Shown: piece by piece, positions 9,906 to 19,570 of the stretch
Position numbering within the stretch: position 1 is the first letter of the stretch
How the letters are laid out: the number at the start of each line of letters is the position of its first letter
NCBI GenBank assembly: GCA_003731685.1
Contig: RCNO01000006.1
Location: 11,753 to 75,752, forward strand
Direction: 5' to 3'
Source: Bacteroidetes/Chlorobi group bacterium MS-B_bin-24
Lineage (GTDB): Bacteria > Bacteroidota > Ignavibacteria > Kapaibacteriales > UBA2268
DNA length: 64,000 nt
The notes under the pieces: generated by a model
The model's input: only the letters and a program-made list of their open reading frames with translations
Databases searched by the model: none
Told to the model about the DNA's origin: nothing
Position numbers and translations under genes: made by a program

Positions 9906-10421
9906 ATGGATGCATTAGAAGCGATTTTTAACCGGAAGAGCGTAAGAAACTTCACGGGAGAGGATGTTCCCGACGACAAACTCCAGATATTACTTCGAGC
10001 GGGGATGTCGGCTCCATCGGCGGTTAATATGCAACCTTGGGAATTTATCCTTATCAAAGACAAAGGCACACTGCAAGCAATGGCAGACAATCTTCCCTAT
10101 GCAGCGATGATGCAAAAGGCGGGAGCCTGCATCGTTGTTTGTGCTATCCCCGAACTGGCACACCGCAAACTGAAAGAATACGCAATAATCGATTGCACCT
10201 GTGCCAGCGAAAATATATTAATCGCTGTCGAGGCTCTTGGTCTTGGTGCTGTTTGGTCTGCGGTTTATCCTAATATCGACAGAATTGAGTTCGTTCGAAA
10301 ACTTTTGGGAATTCCAAGAAGCATAATCCCTCTTAATGCAATTGCTATTGGCATACCAACGGGAGAAGACCAACCCAAAGACAAGTTTAAACCCGAAAAA
10401 ATTCATTATGAAAAATGGTAA
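9906..10421 (+). CDS. Nitroreductase family protein
   Basis: NRKSVRNFTGEDVPDDKLQILLRAGMSAPSAVNMQPWEFILIKDK is the classic nitroreductase N-terminal signature; 171 aa. Confidence 0.85.
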   Translation: MDALEAIFNRKSVRNFTGEDVPDDKLQILLRAGMSAPSAVNMQPWEFILIKDKGTLQAMADNLPYAAMMQKAGACIVVCAIPELAHRKLKEYAIIDCTCASENILIAVEALGLGAVWSAVYPNIDRIEFVRKLLGIPRSIIPLNAIAIGIPTGEDQPKDKFKPEKIHYEKW

Positions 10422-10440
10422 TCAAATAAAGAGAGAAAGA

Positions 10441-11850
10441 ATGAAAACGAAAATCTTCATCATCCTTATGTTGATTTCAGCAAATTCATTTGCAAGCGAA
10501 AAAAACTTCGTGGGATGCTGGATTGGTAAGATCGACATCCTTCGTCAAGTCCTTTCAATTAAAATTTGTCTCGATGTTGATTCGAGCAAAAAGCTCACTG
10601 GGAAAATCGACATTCCACAGCAAAACGCTTACGGATTGAAACTTTCAAATATCAGTTGTTCAAAAGATTCAATCTGGTTCGACCTGATTGCGAATGTTAT
10701 GAACGTGGCAAAGTTTTCCGGTCGAATTTCAAATCCCGGAACGGAGAAAGCATTTATTTCTGGCTCTTTCTGGCAGATGGGTATGGTGGGAACATTCGAA
10801 CTCGAGCCATTCATCGAAGAACAAGAGGATACTTTGCAAAGCATTCCAATTCACGAAGAAGAGGTGGCTATTCGCAATGGCGAAGTTCAACTTGCTGGAA
10901 CTTTTACGCGTTTATCTGAACAGAAAAAATATCCCCTTGTCATATTCATAAGCGGGAGCGGGAAACAAGACCGCGACGAAAATATCTTCGGATTTAAAAT
11001 TTTCAAGATGATTTCCGACAGACTTGTTCGGAATGGTTATGCCACATTGCGAATGGACGACAGGGGCACGGGCGGTTCCACCGAAATCCCCGGAACTTCG
11101 GAAACCATTTTCGATTTTGCCTCGGACATCGAGGCGGCTATTGAGTTCCTCAAAACACGGGATGATGTGGACACCACTGCAATTGGGCTTCTGGGGCACA
11201 GCGAAGGGGCAATTGTGGCATTCGTTGTAGCATCGAAACGCCAGGACATTGGCTTTGTCATCAGTATGGCTGGTCCAACTGTTCGCGGCGATAGCCTCAT
11301 CGTCGAACAAATTCGGATTCAAATGTTAGGGCAAAATGCTCCCGACAGCTTAATCCAAGAAACTTTGAATCAACAAAGGGAAATCTACAATATTGTGCGG
11401 AACAATGGCGATTTCGAAAGAGCACAGCAGATTCTGTTGCAACAAGCAAAAAAACAACTCGAATTTTACCCCGAAGAAATTTCTTCGCAAATATCGAAAA
11501 CAATGATTGAAAGAAACATACAATTACAGTTAGAATCAATGCGTTCCGACTGGTTCCGAACTTTTATCGATACCGACCCGCTCATTTACATCGAAAAAGT
11601 TCAATGCCCCATTCTTTTCCTTTTTGGTGAACTCGACACCCAAGTTCCTGCTAAACTTAATGCGGAAAGGATAAATCATTTGCGGAAAAAGCCAGGTATT
11701 AAAATCAAAATCGTTCCGAAGGCTAATCACCTTTTCCAAAAGGCAAGAACAGGCTATACTTATGAATATCCTATTTTGCCGAAGAAGTTTGCTCAGGGCT
11801 TTTTCGAATCGATTGAAATGTGGATGAAAAGCATAATGAAGCAAAAGTAA
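10441..11850 (+). CDS. Secreted alpha/beta-hydrolase (serine hydrolase)
   Basis: Signal peptide MKTKIFIILMLISANSFA. Nucleophile elbow LLGHSEGA. C-terminal GELDTQV...NHLF region consistent with the Asp/His of the triad. Start moved to 10441 because the ORF-track start overlaps the nitroreductase gene. Confidence 0.75.
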   Translation: MKTKIFIILMLISANSFASEKNFVGCWIGKIDILRQVLSIKICLDVDSSKKLTGKIDIPQQNAYGLKLSNISCSKDSIWFDLIANVMNVAKFSGRISNPGTEKAFISGSFWQMGMVGTFELEPFIEEQEDTLQSIPIHEEEVAIRNGEVQLAGTFTRLSEQKKYPLVIFISGSGKQDRDENIFGFKIFKMISDRLVRNGYATLRMDDRGTGGSTEIPGTSETIFDFASDIEAAIEFLKTRDDVDTTAIGLLGHSEGAIVAFVVASKRQDIGFVISMAGPTVRGDSLIVEQIRIQMLGQNAPDSLIQETLNQQREIYNIVRNNGDFERAQQILLQQAKKQLEFYPEEISSQISKTMIERNIQLQLESMRSDWFRTFIDTDPLIYIEKVQCPILFLFGELDTQVPAKLNAERINHLRKKPGIKIKIVPKANHLFQKARTGYTYEYPILPKKFAQGFFESIEMWMKSIMKQK

Positions 11851-11875
11851 ATTTTTTAGACTTAGCAATATTGAT

Positions 11876-12970
11876 ATGAAAAAGTTAATACTCGAGAACA
11901 TTACAAAAAAATTCAATGAACAATTTGTTCTGAAGAACATCTCTTTCGAAGTAGGCGAAGATGATTTTCTTGTTCTTGTTGGACCTTCGGGATGCGGGAA
12001 AACGACATTGCTGCGGATAATTTCGGGGCTGGAACAAGCCACCGAAGGCAAAATCGTTTTCGATGGAAAAGTATGGAACGATGTTCCGCCCGGCGACAGA
12101 AACATTGGTATGGTTTTCCAAAATTATGCTCTTTATCCCCACTTAAATGTTTTCGAGAATCTGGCATTCCCATTAACAATAAAAAAGACGCCCAAAGATA
12201 TTGTTAAACAGCGAGTTGTTGAAATCGCAAAGATGTTGCAACTCGACCAGAAATTGACTTACAAGCCAAAGGAATTGTCGGGCGGGGAAAGGCAACGAGT
12301 TGCTCTCGGCAGAGCAATCATACGCCAGCCTAACATATTTTTGTTCGACGAGCCATTGTCGAATCTCGACGCCAAACTGCGCGTTGTGATGAGAACCGAA
12401 ATTGTCAATCTTGTCCAACAACTTAAAATCCCTTCGATTTATGTTACCCACGACCAGATTGAAGCATTGACAATGGGAACGAAGGTTGCAGTTTTGCGAG
12501 ATGGCGAAATCCAGCAAATTGGGACGCCAAAGGAAGTCTACTACCGTCCAGCAAATACTTTCGTTGCAACTTTTATTGGTTCACCACAGATGAACTTATT
12601 CTATGGAACGCTCGAAGGTGAGGTTTTTCACGAGAAAAGTGGGCTTTTCCAGTTGAATTTGAAGATTTTCTTGCCTTGGTTGAGCGAATCAGTGTTAGCA
12701 GTGCTTCGAAGTCAGAAAGAATTGATACTCGGGCTGCGCCCAGAAGATTTGCTCTTGACCAACGAAGCGGAGGGGATAATCAATACAAGGATAAATACAT
12801 ACGAATACACAGGTTACGACCTAATCGCCTACTTTGGGGACCAAAGCAACCTTTATTCCTTCATTACCAAAGAAACAAACATAACAGCAAAGAACAAAGC
12901 AGATGTTCATTTAATTTTTAACCCACAAAGTATTCACATTTTCACCAAAGAGGGCAAAAGAATAAACTAA
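11876..12970 (+). CDS. Sugar-type ABC transporter ATP-binding protein (MalK/UgpC/MsmK family)
   Basis: Walker A GPSGCGKTT, Q-loop, signature LSGGERQRVALGRA, Walker B IFLFDEPLSNLD, H-loop YVTHD, plus a C-terminal regulatory/OB domain. Confidence 0.9.
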   Translation: MKKLILENITKKFNEQFVLKNISFEVGEDDFLVLVGPSGCGKTTLLRIISGLEQATEGKIVFDGKVWNDVPPGDRNIGMVFQNYALYPHLNVFENLAFPLTIKKTPKDIVKQRVVEIAKMLQLDQKLTYKPKELSGGERQRVALGRAIIRQPNIFLFDEPLSNLDAKLRVVMRTEIVNLVQQLKIPSIYVTHDQIEALTMGTKVAVLRDGEIQQIGTPKEVYYRPANTFVATFIGSPQMNLFYGTLEGEVFHEKSGLFQLNLKIFLPWLSESVLAVLRSQKELILGLRPEDLLLTNEAEGIINTRINTYEYTGYDLIAYFGDQSNLYSFITKETNITAKNKADVHLIFNPQSIHIFTKEGKRIN

Positions 12971-13024
12971 ACCTTAATGATTCAATTTTGAAGAGCGAAT
13001 GTTGAAATATTAATGGTGATTGCA

Positions 13025-13052
13025 TCATAATTGCAAAATCATAATTGCAAAA
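13025..13052. repeat. Tandem direct repeat, 14 nt x 2
   Basis: tcataattgcaaaa occurs twice back to back, immediately before the GC-rich palindrome. Confidence 0.8.
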
Positions 13053-13055
13053 TAT

Positions 13056-13083
13056 GTAGGGGCGACCGGCCGGTCGCCCCTAC
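13056..13083. repeat. GC-rich 28-nt perfect palindrome (family 2, copy 1)
   Basis: gtaggggcgaccgg|ccggtcgcccctac is a perfect inverted repeat. Related copies at 38292..38319 and 42940..42967. Confidence 0.9.
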
Positions 13084-13094
13084 AAGTATTTTTC

Positions 13095-13127
13095 AGGCGT
13101 CGGATGTTGCTAAAACATCCGATGTCT
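13095..13127. repeat. Nested-palindrome hairpin repeat (family 1, copy A)
   Basis: aggcgtcggatgtt-gctaa-aacatccgatgtct followed by tttt. Two A-to-G changes in the left arm keep pairing only as G-U in plus-strand RNA. Confidence 0.85.
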
Positions 13128-13186
13128 TTTGGCAAGGGCGAGAGCTAATTGTTCATAGACGCATATCGCAGAACGAGGGATTTTCC

Positions 13187-13219
13187 AGACATCGGATGTC
13201 TGGCAGACATCCGATGTCT
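13187..13219. repeat. Nested-palindrome hairpin repeat (family 1, copy B)
   Basis: agacatcggatgtct-ggc-agacatccgatgtct: two perfect 7-N-7 palindromes that are also complementary to each other. Confidence 0.9.
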
Positions 13220-13417
13220 AACCGTGATAAATTCCGTTGGAGAAACGAAATCGGTTTTGCAATAATAAAATCTCGTTGGGGCGAATGATTATTTGCCCAT
13301 ACTTTGAAATTCTAGCAACACACAGAAAACACTTTCGTTTGTTTAAAGCATAATCATAAAATTTTTGATTGTTATTTTTTTGTAATTTTGATTTTTTGTA
13401 ATAATTGAAACTTAAAA

Positions 13418-13927
13418 GTGAGCTTTTTATATTTTTCGTTTGGAGTTTTGGCAATATTGGCAATAGCGAGCGCTATTGTGACGATAGCGAGCCGTAATCC
13501 CGTTCGTAGCGCCTTTGCTTTGATTTTCCATTTCTTTATGCTTGCCGGGCTGTATTTAACTTTAAACGCGCAGTTTGTTGCGGTCATTCAAGTTCTGGTT
13601 TACGCTGGGGCAATTATGGTATTGGTTGTCTTCGTTATTATGCTTTTAAATTTATCGAACGAGGAGCGACTTTCGGAGCGTTTCGATTTCAGGAAAACAA
13701 TTGCTATTTTCTTTGGAATTGCCTTTGCAATCGAAGTGGTTCTTGCAATTTTCATTCCCGGCACTTTCAAAAACAATCTACATCCCGATTCGGTCAAGAT
13801 TGGAACGGCACAGGAAATTGGAAAAGCTTTGTATTCCAATTTTCTTGTTCCTGTCGAAGTCGTTGGCATTCTGTTACTTGTTGCAATTATTGGTGCTATT
13901 GTTCTTGCAAAAAGGAAACTTGAATAA
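13418..13927 (+). CDS. nuoJ: NADH-quinone oxidoreductase subunit J
   Basis: NPVRSAFALIFHFFMLAGLYLTLNAQFVAVIQVLVYAGAIMVLVVFVIMLL is the typical NuoJ/ND6 core. GTG start. Confidence 0.85.
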   Translation: MSFLYFSFGVLAILAIASAIVTIASRNPVRSAFALIFHFFMLAGLYLTLNAQFVAVIQVLVYAGAIMVLVVFVIMLLNLSNEERLSERFDFRKTIAIFFGIAFAIEVVLAIFIPGTFKNNLHPDSVKIGTAQEIGKALYSNFLVPVEVVGILLLVAIIGAIVLAKRKLE

Positions 13928-13936
13928 GGAGGCTTT

Positions 13937-14245
13937 ATGCAAACTATACCACTGGAATTCTATTTGCTTTTGTCGGCTGTGCTTTTTGTAATTGGTGCGA
14001 TTGGTGTTCTAACCCGTAGGAATGCAATTGTTGTGTTTATGTCCATAGAATTGATGCTGAACTCTGTGAATTTAACATTTGTAGCTTTTTCGGCTTATAT
14101 GGGCGATATCGCTGGTCAGATTTTTGTTTTCTTCATTATGGCTGTGGCTGCTGGCGAGGCAACTATTGGCTTGGCAATCGTCTTGGCTTTGTTCCGTTTG
14201 AAACAATCTGTTTACGTCGACGAAGCTAATTCTTTGAAACTGTAA
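13937..14245 (+). CDS. nuoK: NADH-quinone oxidoreductase subunit K
   Basis: 102 aa with 3 TM helices. [30 protein letters not shown] matches the NuoK/ND4L signature, including the conserved Glu residues. Confidence 0.9.
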   Translation: MQTIPLEFYLLLSAVLFVIGAIGVLTRRNAIVVFMSIELMLNSVNLTFVAFSAYMGDIAGQIFVFFIMAVAAGEATIGLAIVLALFRLKQSVYVDEANSLKL

Positions 14246-14264
14246 TTATTTCAAACAAAATTAA

Positions 14265-14753
14265 TTAGATTAATCCTTCTTCTTGAAGAATTTCGTCTAC
14301 AGGCTTCCCCTGATAAGTTGTATCCCCATTTTGCAAAGAAGCAACAACTTTGCGGAGTTTTTTCTCGCGTTTGCGACTGAAAGATAAATTTGAAAGCAGG
14401 CGAACTTTGGCAACGAGAAGTTTTTCTTCGATTGGCTTGCTCAAAAAATCGTCGGCACCCGAATCGATTGCTTTAATTTGGTTCGGAACATCGTTCAATG
14501 CAGTAACGATTACAACTGGAATTTCTTTGGTGCTTGGCTCCGATTTTAATCTTTTGGCAGTATCGTAGCCATCCAGTCGAGGCATCATAACATCAAGGAC
14601 AATGGCATCGGGCTTTTGTTTATCGACAAGTTCAAGGCATTCGACACCATCGTAGGCTTCGCCAACCTCGAACCCGTTTACTTCGAGGTATCTTCGCATA
14701 AGCTTGACGGTTATTTTGTTGTCATCCACTACATAAATCAGCGGTTTTTTCAT
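14265..14753 (-). CDS. Stand-alone response-regulator receiver protein with a short C-terminal extension
   Basis: CheY-like motifs VVDDN, DAIVLDVMMPRLDG, VVIVTA and DFLSKP. No recognisable output domain. ATGA overlap with the upstream oxidoreductase gene. Confidence 0.85.
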   Translation of the reverse strand: MKKPLIYVVDDNKITVKLMRRYLEVNGFEVGEAYDGVECLELVDKQKPDAIVLDVMMPRLDGYDTAKRLKSEPSTKEIPVVIVTALNDVPNQIKAIDSGADDFLSKPIEEKLLVAKVRLLSNLSFSRKREKKLRKVVASLQNGDTTYQGKPVDEILQEEGLI

Positions 14754-16927
14754 TCTCCTCCTTCTATTTTTTCATTCAACATTTTTTCGAATTCATTGTG
14801 CAAAATTCTCCTTCCCGTTTGTAAGGATTCAATAATTGCAAAAGTGGTAAGAGAAACAAATTTAATGCCAAAGAAATCTATGGGCGATTCCCCGTTTTCA
14901 AAATTACTTATTGTTGCCGACATTTCTTCTTTATGTCCTTTCTTTCCATCAAATTTTTTTTCAGTTACCCTATTTTTATAATATATCGACACAGATTCAA
15001 AATTATTTAAAATTGCTGATTGATTTTCCCAAAAAATTTCGCAATATTCTTTTCCCATCTGAGAACTACCATTGGAAAAGTATTCTATAACACCAAGCGA
15101 ACCATCTTGGAATTTAATTGTAATTGCAAGTGTGTCGTTTGTTGGAGTTTGCTCAAGGGTGTGAGAAATTGTTTCGGCAAAGACCGAAACTGGGAGTGAA
15201 TCTGTCAAAAACATTAATGTATCGACGAAGTGGCAAACCTCGCCAATTATTCTTCCACCGCCAATTTGCGGATTTTGTATCCAATGGTCGGGCGGAATAA
15301 ATCCTGCATTAACTCGATAGTGAATTGCCAAAGGTTGTTTCCTTTGGCTTACCTTCTCTTTAAGAAACACAAATGCGGGCGAAAATCTGCGATTATAACC
15401 AACCATCAAAGGAACTGGATTTTTGGCATATTCCTCTTCGATGCTTTTGAGCTGTGAATAATTCAGAACAAGAGGTTTTTCAACAAAAACGGGCTTTTGG
15501 GCTTTTATCGATTCGAGAACATATTGGTAATGGGTATCGTGGCGCGAGGCTATGAATACAAAGTCGATTTCAGGATTGTGAATAATCGAAAGGGAATCTG
15601 TTGTTGCATATTGGAAACCGAAATGACGGGCGACCGAAATTGCATTGGCCGAAGTTGCAGTCGAAACGGTGTGGAGTTCTACATCAAGATTTTTTAGAAC
15701 GGGCAACAGGTAGAATTGAGCAAAATTCCCTGCACCGATGAATCCAATCCTTTTCCTTCCTTTCCGTGCCGCGCGAATCCCAGAAGGAACTACTCGCTGA
15801 ATTGGTTTGCTCTTTTCGCCATAGGTCAACAAAATACCAATGAAGTTTTCTTTGCCCTCAGTTAAAAGTTTATAAGCTTCTACTGCATTTTCAATAGAAA
15901 ATCTATGGGTAATTAGGGGGGACAGATTTATTTTTTTGTCCGCTATTAAGTCGAGAAATGCTCTCATATTTCTATTTTCAGTCCAACGAACGTAAGGATA
16001 AGGGTAATCGATGCCATATTCTTCGTAGAACTTGTCGTATCGTCCGGGTCCGTAACTGCAAGCAATTGTGTACTCAAGTTCTTTTTCGTAGAAAGGGGAG
16101 CGGGGAAGGTTCATTCCAACACTTCCAACAACCACAATTCTTCCCTTTTTTCTAACAATTTTCAGTGCCAATTCTGTTGGTTCATTGCTTTGAGTGCTTG
16201 CTGTGATTATTACAGCATCGAAGCCTAAGCCATCGGTAAATGCCAAGAGATTTTGAATGGAATTTGGGTTGCCGTCCGAAACCAGACCACATCCAAAAGA
16301 TTTTGCCAATTCAAAATTATCGGGTCGAATGTCCACACCGGCAACAAAGCATCCGTTTGCTTTAAGAAGTTGTACAGTGATTAATCCAATCAACCCCAAG
16401 CCAATAACAGCTACATATTCGCCTAAACGGGGATTTGCTTGGCGGACTCCCTGAAGGGCTATAGAACCGATAGTTGCGAAGCTTGCCGATTCAAAATCAA
16501 CATTCGGTGGAATTTTGCAAGCCAAATTTTTTGGTATTGAAACGAATTCGCTGTGCGTGGCATAGCCAGCCCCGCCACAAGCGACTCGGTCGCCGGGTGA
16601 AAAAATTTCGCAGCGCGATTCAACAACCACTCCAGCAGTGCTATATCCCAGTGTTTTATATGAATCAAGCTTCGATAATACTTTATTGATTGTCGATTGT
16701 ATTCCTTCCTTTTTCAAGTTTTCCAAAACCGTTCGAACTTGTTCGGGTTGTTTCCTAAGGCGTTCAATTAACGAGGATTGGGTTTGTTCGACCGAAGTTT
16801 TCTCGGTTCCAGCGCTAATTACTGAACAAACGTTTTGCACAAGAATTCCGTTTGGTGGACAAGTTGGAACAGGAACATCTTCGATTAAAATTTCGCCACT
16901 TTTTTGATGTTGCAAAACTTGTAACAT
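14750..16927 (-). CDS. Bi-domain oxidoreductase (N-terminal MDR/zinc-type alcohol dehydrogenase fused to a Gfo/Idh/MocA domain)
   Basis: N-terminal part has GAGYATHSEF and the Rossmann motif VAVIGLGLIGL. C-terminal part has RIGFIGAGNFA and the EKP motif (VFVEKPL) of the Gfo/Idh/MocA family. Confidence 0.8.
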   Translation of the reverse strand: MLQVLQHQKSGEILIEDVPVPTCPPNGILVQNVCSVISAGTEKTSVEQTQSSLIERLRKQPEQVRTVLENLKKEGIQSTINKVLSKLDSYKTLGYSTAGVVVESRCEIFSPGDRVACGGAGYATHSEFVSIPKNLACKIPPNVDFESASFATIGSIALQGVRQANPRLGEYVAVIGLGLIGLITVQLLKANGCFVAGVDIRPDNFELAKSFGCGLVSDGNPNSIQNLLAFTDGLGFDAVIITASTQSNEPTELALKIVRKKGRIVVVGSVGMNLPRSPFYEKELEYTIACSYGPGRYDKFYEEYGIDYPYPYVRWTENRNMRAFLDLIADKKINLSPLITHRFSIENAVEAYKLLTEGKENFIGILLTYGEKSKPIQRVVPSGIRAARKGRKRIGFIGAGNFAQFYLLPVLKNLDVELHTVSTATSANAISVARHFGFQYATTDSLSIIHNPEIDFVFIASRHDTHYQYVLESIKAQKPVFVEKPLVLNYSQLKSIEEEYAKNPVPLMVGYNRRFSPAFVFLKEKVSQRKQPLAIHYRVNAGFIPPDHWIQNPQIGGGRIIGEVCHFVDTLMFLTDSLPVSVFAETISHTLEQTPTNDTLAITIKFQDGSLGVIEYFSNGSSQMGKEYCEIFWENQSAILNNFESVSIYYKNRVTEKKFDGKKGHKEEMSATISNFENGESPIDFFGIKFVSLTTFAIIESLQTGRRILHNEFEKMLNEKIEGGE

Positions 16928-17188
16928 ATGTATTCAAATTTTGAAAGTTATCGGAATACAAATTAAAAAAGATTTAAGTTAATTGTTGTAAAGAAGATTA
17001 TTGAAAAATGTCGTATTTTTTACTACAATTTTTTTTTCGGATAAACTACAAAAAAATCATTTTATTTATTATTTTGTAAAATTGTATAAACGCTTAATTT
17101 GAAAATTGAATAAAAAAAATTTTATTTTTTGTTTTTATAGAATTAAATTTGTAAGTATTTTGTAGATAAAAAATAAAAAGGTGAGAAA

Positions 17189-19516
17189 ATGTCGGCAAAA
17201 GGTGGAGGAGCAGGAAAGGTTTATTTCATATTGTACCTTGCGGTAGTTCTTGAGTTGCTAATTATCATAGTAGAAAGGGACGAAGCTGAGGAAGGGCTTT
17301 TGAAGAAGCAACGCGAAACAATGCGAATTGTCGAAAGTATTCTTTCCCAACTTCAGTCGGGGTCTGGAACCGAAGGAATAAATACGCGTCCGCAGGACGA
17401 AATCACAATTCCACCCCCGGGGATTAATTACCGAGAGATTATGGGCGCCGATATCAAAACTTCGCGTAAGTACATTGTCGAAGTTGGTGTTACCGATGTT
17501 TCAGCCGAATTGAAACGCAAGGAAGGCGAAAGCGAGAAGGAATATCTTGAAAGAATGAAAGTTGCTGAAAAACTTGCTAATGTTCAGGAGATTGAGTACC
17601 AAATATTCTATAATCCAAGCCAAGACCCATTGAATCCGCCAAAATTTTTAACCGAAGAAGAAATAAGGAAGCAAGGAATAGACTTTACGAAGTATCAACC
17701 CGGTCAAACAATTACCACCCCAGATGGTTCAACTTGGGAATTCCTTTCGCTACGAAAACTTGTTTTAGATTCTAAGAAAATCGAAGAAGTTATAACCGAT
17801 AACCTTTTGAATCTAAATCTTCAGCATCTTGAGCCATTTTATCCCAAAAATTTGCAGTTGGCAATTGGTCCTTCTTATGCTCCTAACAATAACGAGGATA
17901 GCGTGTTTTTCTACTCTTCGGAATATACAGCCCAAAGGGGTGGAAATCTTTTGGCGGACTTAAAGAAGAGAATTTTCATCGTCAACTTCCAGCCTCCAGC
18001 AAAGGCAGGATGGTATAAGTTAAGAATATATTCGCGAACTAATCGAATCTTGGGTGTTGTCAAAGAAACACCGGGCCCAGAAATTCCCGAAGACACACGT
18101 ATCAACATTGGCACTGTGACTTTGACCGTTAAGGACTTGAACAAAGTTAAGAGAGAGCTCGAAAATCGTTTGCTAAAATATAGTCTCCCCCCACAGGAAT
18201 TATTATTAAATGCTCAATCGGTGGCTGATGTAGAAAAGTTTGACCAGATGCTTGAAAATTCCATAAAGATGGCATCGGGCGAAGAGAACGCTGTCGAAAC
18301 GATTAGCAAAATTAAACTTTACGGATACATTTCTAAACTCCTTACACCCGGGCTTTCGGTGATGTTCCCGCAAAACTCCAACAGTATTTCGTTCGATGTT
18401 CGTGTTATAACTCCAAAGCCAGCTGTATCGGAGCCAACTGTAACGCTCGACCCATATTTTGCTCAATTTGATGCAGTTGAACCTGTCTTTGGCTTTACCA
18501 TAAGTCCATATCAAGGGACAACTGCTAATATCGTCGAAGGTCGTGTTCTCGATGCTGGCGGTTCGCCAGTTGCAAGAATAATTTGTCGTGGCGAGGATGA
18601 ATTTGCGGGAGCCATTGTTGCAAAACCTGTTGTTGGAGGTAATAGATTTTATAGAGGAATTGTCGAGAAAACGTTGCCTCCCGGAAAGTATAAGATTGAA
18701 ATAACCCACCGATTGGCTGGGCGTTCAAAAACCGAAACTGCCGAGCTCGAAATCTTTAAGACTGGTTTGACCGAAGAAAGCGAAAAACTTCTGCGTAGTA
18801 AACTTAGTGGTGCCTATTATGGATATAACATTTATTTCAATGTGATACCGAACTCTGGCGCCAAAATCAAACCCGACCAATTTAGAATTTTGCTCGCCAC
18901 AGATTTAGACCAACAAAAACCACCATACGTTGGGCTTTCTATCCCGCCAGAACAAAAAGTTTATCTTTCTTGTAAGGCAAACAAAATATTTACAAAAATT
19001 TGGTGGGTTCAACCAATCACCGGCAAAGAGGTTGAACTATTCCCATATACCGAGTTCGACATTAGACAGGATGAACCTAAGATTAACCTTGCTTCGAAGA
19101 CCGAAAAACGTAGCCAAACTGGGAATAGGGTAAAAGTCCAAGTATTGAATATTACTGTTGTTGAACCAGACGATGGTTCAAATGGAGCCACGAAGCCCGA
19201 AGTTTCGCTGAGCGTTGGGAAGCCTTCGTTTGAAGGTCAAGTTCAAGGTCTTGTCGATTTGGCTTCTGAGCCAATAATTGAAAAAGAGGAAGGTGGATAC
19301 AGCATTACGTTTGAATTTGTAGTGAATACCGCTGGAATCCCACGAACCCAAGACGAACTTACAGGAACAATTAAATTCCCAATAACTGCAACTGCTCGCA
19401 ATTTGTGTAATGGCAAGACATCGCAGAATAACAAAGCATTGAGCATATCTTTCTTGTACGAGCGTGAAAAAGTCCGTCGTTCAACGCAACCACCCAGTGG
19501 TGGGCGAAGAAGATAA
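17189..19516 (+). CDS. Hypothetical bitopic membrane protein with a large periplasmic region (helical segment plus probable Ig-like beta domains)
   Basis: Short basic N-terminus MSAKGGGAGK, single TM VYFILYLAVVLELLIIIV, then about 740 aa without recognised catalytic motifs and a basic tail PPSGGRRR. First gene after a 261-nt very AT-rich leader. Confidence 0.6.
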   Translation: MSAKGGGAGKVYFILYLAVVLELLIIIVERDEAEEGLLKKQRETMRIVESILSQLQSGSGTEGINTRPQDEITIPPPGINYREIMGADIKTSRKYIVEVGVTDVSAELKRKEGESEKEYLERMKVAEKLANVQEIEYQIFYNPSQDPLNPPKFLTEEEIRKQGIDFTKYQPGQTITTPDGSTWEFLSLRKLVLDSKKIEEVITDNLLNLNLQHLEPFYPKNLQLAIGPSYAPNNNEDSVFFYSSEYTAQRGGNLLADLKKRIFIVNFQPPAKAGWYKLRIYSRTNRILGVVKETPGPEIPEDTRINIGTVTLTVKDLNKVKRELENRLLKYSLPPQELLLNAQSVADVEKFDQMLENSIKMASGEENAVETISKIKLYGYISKLLTPGLSVMFPQNSNSISFDVRVITPKPAVSEPTVTLDPYFAQFDAVEPVFGFTISPYQGTTANIVEGRVLDAGGSPVARIICRGEDEFAGAIVAKPVVGGNRFYRGIVEKTLPPGKYKIEITHRLAGRSKTETAELEIFKTGLTEESEKLLRSKLSGAYYGYNIYFNVIPNSGAKIKPDQFRILLATDLDQQKPPYVGLSIPPEQKVYLSCKANKIFTKIWWVQPITGKEVELFPYTEFDIRQDEPKINLASKTEKRSQTGNRVKVQVLNITVVEPDDGSNGATKPEVSLSVGKPSFEGQVQGLVDLASEPIIEKEEGGYSITFEFVVNTAGIPRTQDELTGTIKFPITATARNLCNGKTSQNNKALSISFLYEREKVRRSTQPPSGGRRR

Positions 19517-19570
19517 AAATTTGTGATAATTATGAAAATTATATGTTTGTTTGACAAATGGTATAGCAAT

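Noticed and set aside
13031-13288. 85-aa ORF (also ORFs at 42595..43033, 42685..42981, 50762..50944 and 36493..36699) lying across the palindromic repeats
   Set aside because: These ORFs are made almost entirely of the GC palindrome and hairpin repeats (peptides such as GDRPVAPT and TSDVF recur only because the DNA repeats recur). They lack RBS and start context, and they appear in whichever frame happens to stay open. They are treated as artefacts of repeat sequence.
17189-19516. Calling gene 1 of the envelope operon GldM/PorM (T9SS)
   Set aside because: The N-terminus (MSAKGGGAGK plus one TM) and the bitopic architecture are reminiscent of GldM/PorM. However, there are no gldK, gldL or gldN-like neighbours, the protein is about 260 aa longer, and I cannot verify homology without a profile search. 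It is left as hypothetical.
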